A DNA stretch of 64,000 nt from Muribaculaceae bacterium (GTDB lineage Bacteria; Bacteroidota; Bacteroidia; Bacteroidales; Muribaculaceae), in NCBI GenBank assembly GCA_023665425.1, contig JAMPDX010000001.1:811988-875987 (forward strand). The letters are read 5' to 3'. The position numbers and the translations under genes are program-made. Below the pieces are notes generated by a model. It was given only the letters and a program-made list of their open reading frames with translations. It searched no databases and had not been told where the DNA came from. Within the stretch, counting starts at the first letter, position 1. Every line of letters begins with the position of its first letter. This document shows, one piece after another, positions 58,443-64,000 of the stretch.

Positions 58443-59618
58443 TTATCCGTTTTTGAAGCGACGCAGCAGTTCTGAAGCTTTGTCGCGTGCTATCTTATTA
58501 GTCTCTATGAGTGTTTGATAATCAGGAGAAGAAGTATATGGTATTGCCTCCAGGGTAGCCGCTACCAAGCGGGGCATATCCACAAAGCGTATCTGCTTGT
58601 GCAAGAAGGCGTCAACTGCTATCTCGTTAGCGGCATTAAGCACACATGGAGTGTTACCGCCGGCCTCGATGGCATCGAAGGCAAAATTGAGCAATGGGAA
58701 TTTCTCAATGTCGGGGGTCTCAAATGTCAGAGTGCGATATCGAGCCAGATCGAGCATCTGTGCCGGTGCAGTGTGTAAACGCTCCGGATAGCCCAATGCG
58801 TATCGGATAGGCAGGTGCATATCCGGAATGCCTAACTGTGCCTTAACTGAGCCGTCGGCAAACTGGACCATGCTATGCACGATGCTCTGAGGGTGTACCA
58901 CTACCTCTATTTGCCGCGCCGGGCATCCAAAGAGCCAATGGGCCTCGATCATCTCAAACCCTTTGTTCATCATAGAGGCAGAGTCGATGGTCACCTTGGC
59001 TCCCATGCTCCAGTTGGGATGATTAAGAGCATCTCTCACGGTGACATGCTCCAATTGTTCGCGACTAAAGGTGCGGAATGGTCCGCCACTGGCAGTGAGT
59101 ATAATCTTGGCGGCATGGCGTGTACCCTCACCCTCCAGGCATTGGAAGATGGCCGAGTGCTCGCTGTCCACCGGGATGATATGGGAAGATGAGTGTTGTA
59201 ACAGCTTTTGTATCAACTCACCACCCACCACCAAGGTCTCCTTGTTTGAAAGGGCGATGGTCTTACCGGCTTTGATAGCGCTGATGGTGGGAGCCAGGCC
59301 GCTATAGCCCACCATGGCTGTCACCACAGTGTCGATAGGCTCGAGGGCGACACTTTGCTCAATAGCCTCAGCGCCGGCAAGCACCTCAATGGGTTGCCCT
59401 TCGAGCAGGCTCTTGAGACGAGGCAGCAACTCCTTGTGTGCTATGACCACACGTGCCGGCAGGAACTTGCGCGCCTGAGCGGCGAGCAGCTCTACATTTG
59501 TGTTGGCAGTCAGTAGCCACGCGCGAAATCGGTGAGGATATTCAGATATGATATCCAGAGTCTGCGTGCCTATAGAGCCGGTGCTTCCCAATATGCCTAT
59601 ATTTCGTGTCTCAATCAT
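58443..59618 (-). CDS. dxr: 1-deoxy-D-xylulose 5-phosphate reductoisomerase
   Basis: GILGSTGSIGTQTLD, ...LPIDSEHSAIFQC-type motif (IPVDSEHSAIFQC). Confidence 0.96.
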   Translation of the reverse strand: MIETRNIGILGSTGSIGTQTLDIISEYPHRFRAWLLTANTNVELLAAQARKFLPARVVIAHKELLPRLKSLLEGQPIEVLAGAEAIEQSVALEPIDTVVTAMVGYSGLAPTISAIKAGKTIALSNKETLVVGGELIQKLLQHSSSHIIPVDSEHSAIFQCLEGEGTRHAAKIILTASGGPFRTFSREQLEHVTVRDALNHPNWSMGAKVTIDSASMMNKGFEMIEAHWLFGCPARQIEVVVHPQSIVHSMVQFADGSVKAQLGIPDMHLPIRYALGYPERLHTAPAQMLDLARYRTLTFETPDIEKFPLLNFAFDAIEAGGNTPCVLNAANEIAVDAFLHKQIRFVDMPRLVAATLEAIPYTSSPDYQTLIETNKIARDKASELLRRFKNG

Positions 59619-59634
59619 TTTACAATCATGTTAA

Positions 59635-60501
59635 TTACTTACCTCTGGGCGCGGCAATATCATCATCGGGATTGCTGCGAGACTGTCGCATGAGATAGTC
59701 TCCCGGGACGAGTGAGGTGCCCTCTCGCCACATCTCTATGCCAACATAGTTGTTGCGAGGGGTTTTGCGTTCCGGAGCCAGAGTGATACGTTGCCCGGCC
59801 AAGACGGCATCCCCTTTGTCTACCAAGGGAGCCCCGAGCCGGGAATAGCGGGTGAGGAAGCCGCGCTTACTTTGCACTAAAAGAGAGAAAGTCCCCTCAC
59901 CGGCATCGTATGAGCGGTCTACCACATATCCGTCGGCAATGGCATTGATACCTTGCCCTACAGGCACTATAACCTTCAGTATATGAGATGTCTGCGAGTC
60001 TCCCATGATGATACCGCCGGAGGATGGGTCAGCAAAAATCACTGCATCCGCAGCCACCGGAGTCAGCACGTTCAGGTTATACTTCTCGCGCTCACCCATA
60101 GTGGCTACAAATTCGCGTTCGGCAGGAGATGCCGTCTTGAGCGAGTCCATAGGCAGAGGAGCCAACCGGGCAGAGGCCTGTAATGAGTCTGTCGGTTCGC
60201 GGTCAGTATCCATTAGAGTTAGCATATTGTTCAGGAAGGCCTGATTTGAGGCCACCACGAGGCTTAAAGTGTCCAGGCGCGCTATGGCGGCGCCTGCCTC
60301 ATTGCGTTCATTGCCGGTCATGTAGCCGGGCATCTTGCGCTGCAATGGGCTCAGATACACCAAAGCAACACCTATACCCATACATATCAGGCATATAAAC
60401 ACAACAGTACACACCAACCGCCAACGGCTGATGCGTATGTCCCACACCTTGTGGAGACGCCCGGCGTCCTCTAATATGAGTCGATAACGTCGCAGTCTCA
60501 T
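59635..60501 (-). CDS. Membrane-anchored LytM/M23-like protein with a degenerate active site
   Basis: One N-terminal transmembrane helix. In the C-terminal GINAIADGYVVD...LLVQSKRGFLTRYSRLGAPLVDKGDAVLAGQRI, the positions of the catalytic His residues are substituted. Start at ATG 60501. Confidence 0.65.
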   Translation of the reverse strand: MRLRRYRLILEDAGRLHKVWDIRISRWRLVCTVVFICLICMGIGVALVYLSPLQRKMPGYMTGNERNEAGAAIARLDTLSLVVASNQAFLNNMLTLMDTDREPTDSLQASARLAPLPMDSLKTASPAEREFVATMGEREKYNLNVLTPVAADAVIFADPSSGGIIMGDSQTSHILKVIVPVGQGINAIADGYVVDRSYDAGEGTFSLLVQSKRGFLTRYSRLGAPLVDKGDAVLAGQRITLAPERKTPRNNYVGIEMWREGTSLVPGDYLMRQSRSNPDDDIAAPRGK

Positions 60502-60544
60502 TTCAAACTGCAAATTTAAGCAAATATCCCCGATTATACAAATT

Positions 60545-60589
60545 TAGACCCCATTTCGGTCAAAACATTTTTGGTCGGAATGGGGTCTA
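60545..60589 (-). terminator. Hairpin downstream of the EamA transporter gene
   Basis: tagaccccatt...aatggggtcta, an 11-bp stem. Confidence 0.5.
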
Positions 60590-60612
60590 AAATGAGCCAA
60601 TAGATACATACT

Positions 60613-61575
60613 CTATATGAGTTGGTTGTTCTTATTGCGCTTAATGCGCGAGAAGTCAAGCTTGTCGCTTACTACGAGGCCTCCGATAATCATCAAACAG
60701 CCGATGCAGCCCATAAAGGTGATGGGGTCATCAAGCACAAGCACTCCCACTACCATGGTGATAATAGGTTGTCCGTACAGATAGTTGTTGGCTGTCACGG
60801 AGCCGAGTGTCTTCTGAGCCTCGTTCCAAATGAGATATGAGACAGCAGAACACATAAGCACCAAGAAGGCAAAGTTGAGCAAATATTCGGGATGCGCAGA
60901 AACATCAAAGAGCTCGGCAAGATGATACGGCTCCTTCTGCATCAGCAAGATGGGTAGGCCGGTGAGCACACCATACAAGAAGAGCTTGCGCGTGATGAAG
61001 AATGAATTGTAGAGCGGGATAAGACGCTTTACTACAATACTATACAGACCCCAGCTGAGTGCAGCGCACAGGGCCAGCATATCTCCCAGAGGATTAATCT
61101 CAAGCGTGTCAGCAGAATTACTGAATACTACAAATCCCACACCTATAAAGGCTATAACAGACCCTAAAATGACCCCTCCGGTGATTTTCATCTTATAGAA
61201 AACACCGCATAGCAGTGTCGTAAACAGAGGAGATATTGAGGCCAACAGCGAGACATTGCTCACTGTAGTGTTCATTAGCGCATAGTTTTCAGTTATGAAG
61301 TATAATGAGCCGGCGCACACTCCGCAAGCCACAAACGAGAGCTCGTCGCGCCAATTGTTGGCCAGGAGTCGCTTGTTGCATGTGAGCAGGAGAAGCACCA
61401 AATAGGCGGCTGCAAATCGATATACAAACATTTCAACCGGTGTGAAGTGCCCTCGCTTCATCAATACCTGGGTGCTGATGAATGAAGTAGCCCAGCATGA
61501 AATCGCAATGATTGCACCTATATGGGCCAATAGGGTGAGTGACTTACCGGGGATAGGTTTTTTAAACTGTGTCAT
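60613..61575 (-). CDS. DMT-superfamily (EamA-like) transporter
   Basis: 320 aa with about 10 predicted transmembrane helices in two homologous halves. Confidence 0.85.
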   Translation of the reverse strand: MTQFKKPIPGKSLTLLAHIGAIIAISCWATSFISTQVLMKRGHFTPVEMFVYRFAAAYLVLLLLTCNKRLLANNWRDELSFVACGVCAGSLYFITENYALMNTTVSNVSLLASISPLFTTLLCGVFYKMKITGGVILGSVIAFIGVGFVVFSNSADTLEINPLGDMLALCAALSWGLYSIVVKRLIPLYNSFFITRKLFLYGVLTGLPILLMQKEPYHLAELFDVSAHPEYLLNFAFLVLMCSAVSYLIWNEAQKTLGSVTANNYLYGQPIITMVVGVLVLDDPITFMGCIGCLMIIGGLVVSDKLDFSRIKRNKNNQLI

Positions 61576-61675
61576 GGTCTAAGCGCAGTACGCAAAATTT
61601 TAAGGTATCAGAGTGTATCATGTCGCTCCGCAACTGCGAAATTAATATTTTTTTGCCGAACTACAAAAAAAATTA

Positions 61676-61683
61676 TAACTTTG
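61676..61683 (+). promoter_or_regulatory. -7 box TAACTTTG ending 4 nt before the glycosyltransferase ATG
   Basis: taactttgcgttATG. Confidence 0.45.
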
Positions 61684-61687
61684 CGTT

Positions 61688-62647
61688 ATGGAAGATGCCA
61701 ATACACAATGTCCACGACTGGCTGTGGTCGTGCCTTGCTATAACGAAGAGGCTGCTCTGCCCCTGTCTGTGCCTCGCTTGCTCGAGGTGCTGGATGGCCT
61801 TGTTTCTCAAGGTGATATAAGCCCCGACAGCTATGTGATGTGTGTGGACGATGGTAGCTCCGATAAAACGTGGCAGACGATACAGTCACTCCATAATACA
61901 GATGATAGAGTGCATGGCATAACTCTGACTCACAATCGGGGGCACCAATTTGCTCTGCTGGCCGGCCTTATGAGTGTGAAAACCGAGTGCGACGCAGCTG
62001 TAAGCATAGATGCCGATCTGCAAGACGACCCCAATGCCATACGGCAGATGGTGGCAAAATATCTTGCCGGAGCCGAGATTGTATATGGTGTCAGAGCAAG
62101 CCGACAGACTGACACATGGTTCAAGCGCAACTCGGCAAGGGCTTTTTATCGCTTACAGGAGACAATGGGACTCCAGACCATTTATGACCACGCAGACTAT
62201 CGCCTCATGAGTCAGCGAGCCCTCGAGATATTGAGTCATTATAAGGAGCAAAACCTCTTCCTGCGAGGTGTGATACCCATGATAGGATTAGACACGGCGA
62301 TAGTCTATTATAATAGAGCAGAACGAGTGGCCGGCGAATCCAAATACCCTCTCAAGAAAATGCTCGCTTTCTCTGTGGATGGTATCACCAGCTTCTCCTC
62401 CAAGCCATTGAGATGGATATTTTTTATCGGACTGTCATTACTTGTAGTAGACATAATAGTAGCTCTATACGTACTTATAGCATTCTTTAGCGGAAGCACC
62501 GTGAGCGGATGGAGCTCCTTGATGCTCTCCGTATGGTTTCTTGGCTCCCTCATCCTTATAGCCATAGGTGTGGTAGGCGAATACATCGGCAAAATCTTCA
62601 CGGAAGTCAAAGCCCGCCCTCGCTACTCCATCAAATCCCGAATTTAG
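61688..62647 (+). CDS. GT2 polyprenyl-phosphate glycosyltransferase (GtrB/ArnC-like) with two C-terminal transmembrane helices
   Basis: VVVPCYNEE, DDGSSD, DADLQD motifs. Confidence 0.85.
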   Translation: MEDANTQCPRLAVVVPCYNEEAALPLSVPRLLEVLDGLVSQGDISPDSYVMCVDDGSSDKTWQTIQSLHNTDDRVHGITLTHNRGHQFALLAGLMSVKTECDAAVSIDADLQDDPNAIRQMVAKYLAGAEIVYGVRASRQTDTWFKRNSARAFYRLQETMGLQTIYDHADYRLMSQRALEILSHYKEQNLFLRGVIPMIGLDTAIVYYNRAERVAGESKYPLKKMLAFSVDGITSFSSKPLRWIFFIGLSLLVVDIIVALYVLIAFFSGSTVSGWSSLMLSVWFLGSLILIAIGVVGEYIGKIFTEVKARPRYSIKSRI

Positions 62648-62727
62648 GCTATATTATTCATACCACCAGCTACTGCCGTGGCGGAGGTCAATAAATTTAT
62701 ACTGTTGTGGGGGTGGGGGATTTTTTG

Positions 62728-62735
62728 TAACTTTG
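62728..62735 (+). promoter_or_regulatory. -7 box TAACTTTG upstream of def
   Basis: Exact consensus match 27 nt upstream of ATG 62762. Confidence 0.45.
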
Positions 62736-62761
62736 TGGCCTGAAAATGACTTTTTTATTAT

Positions 62762-63325
62762 ATGGTATTACCTGTATATCTATATGGGCATCCGGTGTTG
62801 CGCAAACTGGCTACACCCATTGATGCCGATTATCCCGAGCTGCAAAAGCTGATTGCAGATATGTGGGAGACAATGTATCACAGTGAGGGTGTGGGCCTGG
62901 CTGCCCCCCAGATTGGCAAATCTATTAAGCTGATAGTTATCGATGGCTCACCTCTGGCAGAGAGTTTCCCTGAGTGTGAAGGCCAAAAGATGGTGCTGAT
63001 TAATCCGGAGCTCGAAGTGCTCGATGATGTTGAGCTCGTGAACCGCGATGAGGGTTGCCTGTCATTACCGGGACTAAGCGAGGCGGTGAAGCGTCATGAG
63101 CATGTACGCCTCACATGGCAAGATGAAAATTTCGTGACTCACACTCAGGAGTTCTCCGGTTTTGCCTCTCGCATCATCCAGCATGAGTATGACCACCTGC
63201 TCGGCAAGGTGTATATAGACCATGTCTCCCCCATACGCAAGTCTCTGATCAAGAGCAAGCTCAACAATATCGTAAAAGGAAAAGTAAATTGTGACTACCG
63301 CTTTAAGGCGGCTCCAAAAAAATGA
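62762..63325 (+). CDS. def: Peptide deformylase
   Basis: [20 protein letters not shown] motifs. Confidence 0.96.
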   Translation: MVLPVYLYGHPVLRKLATPIDADYPELQKLIADMWETMYHSEGVGLAAPQIGKSIKLIVIDGSPLAESFPECEGQKMVLINPELEVLDDVELVNRDEGCLSLPGLSEAVKRHEHVRLTWQDENFVTHTQEFSGFASRIIQHEYDHLLGKVYIDHVSPIRKSLIKSKLNNIVKGKVNCDYRFKAAPKK

Positions 63326-63329
63326 TTGT

Positions 63330-64000
63330 ATGGCTGACGATAAGAAGATAATTTTCTCAATGGTGGGGGTGAGCAAGGTTATACCCCCTCAAAGACAAAT
63401 CTTAAAGAATATCTACCTCTCCTTCTTCTATGGTGCAAAGATTGGCATCATAGGTCTTAACGGCTCGGGTAAGTCTACCCTGATGAAGATTATCGCCGGG
63501 CTTGACAAGAGCTATCAAGGTGAGGTTGTATTCTCACCCGGATATTCAGTGGGTTATCTGGAGCAGGACCCGAAGCTCGATCCCGAGAAGACTGTCAAGG
63601 AGGTGGTGCAGGAGGGTATGCAACCCACTCTCGACTTGCTCGCTGAGTTTGACAAGGTGAATGAGGCCTTCGGCGACCCTGACGTGCTCGAAGACCCCGA
63701 TAAGATGGAGAAGCTCATGGAGCGCCAGGCAGAGCTCCAAGACAAGCTTGATGCCTGTGATGCATGGAACCTCGACAGTCGTCTGGAGCGCGCTATGGAC
63801 GCCCTGCGCTGTCCGCCGGAAGATCAGAAGATATCTCACCTCTCCGGGGGTGAGCGCCGCCGTGTAGCCCTCTGTCGGCTGTTACTGCAAGAGCCCGATG
63901 TGCTCCTGCTCGACGAACCTACCAACCACCTCGATGCCGAGTCTATCGATTGGCTGGAGCAGCACCTGCAGCAATACAAGGGCACAGTAATCGCCGTGAC
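63330..64000 (+). CDS. ettA: ABC-F ATPase, EttA-like translational throttle protein; N-terminal part, continuing past the right edge
   Basis: Hand translation from ATG 63330: [17 protein letters not shown]...GLNGSGKST (Walker A)...[11 protein letters not shown] (signature)...[11 protein letters not shown] (Walker B). Absent from the track because there is no stop in the window. Confidence 0.9.
   Translation, partial: MADDKKIIFSMVGVSKVIPPQRQILKNIYLSFFYGAKIGIIGLNGSGKSTLMKIIAGLDKSYQGEVVFSPGYSVGYLEQDPKLDPEKTVKEVVQEGMQPTLDLLAEFDKVNEAFGDPDVLEDPDKMEKLMERQAELQDKLDACDAWNLDSRLERAMDALRCPPEDQKISHLSGGERRRVALCRLLLQEPDVLLLDEPTNHLDAESIDWLEQHLQQYKGTVIAV

Overview
This is a Bacteroidales-type chromosomal segment. 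Many genes are preceded by Bacteroidetes TAnnTTTG -7 promoter boxes, translational coupling by ATGA/GTGA overlaps is common, and two proteins end in T9SS-like C-terminal sorting tails. I cannot assign a genus.

Most of the window is housekeeping:
- rplM-rpsI-rpsB-tsf.
- The conserved block tRNA-Thr/Tyr/Gly/Thr-tuf-tRNA-Trp-secE-nusG-rplK-rplA-rplJ-rplL-rpoB-rpoC.
- glmS, dxr, rseP, rlmI-like, def, ettA (partial), PBP1A, tilS, pepC, rubrerythrin, a POT peptide transporter, sufE, an M49 peptidase, a GH29 fucosidase, a ROK kinase and cutC.

Unusual content:
1. At 1.0-10.4 kb, two adjacent minus-strand genes (930 and 2091 aa) encode giant alpha-helical-repeat proteins with no recognisable enzyme domain. 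They carry cohesin-like modules, one textbook dockerin and T9SS-like tails. This is my best candidate for an undescribed surface assembly system.
2. At 13.8-16.7 kb, an AT-rich island holds an overlapping HTH + PD-(D/E)xK-like nuclease pair with no methyltransferase, two WG-repeat genes (one with an in-frame TAA), and a NYN-domain gene at its edge.
3. A degenerate group II intron sits directly behind the tsf terminator. A second 3-prime-end/5-prime-end junction fragment lies 2.2 kb away. Together they bracket an ECF sigma/anti-sigma cassette.
4. Two MITE-like inverted-repeat elements and a tandem 90-nt palindromic repeat.
5. The tRNA-Thr(GGU) has two mismatches in its acceptor stem.

I saw no rRNA, CRISPR array, integrase or intact transposase. 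All calls come from reading translations and motifs by eye; no database search or folding program was run. Coordinates of small hand-located sites may be off by 1-3 nt.
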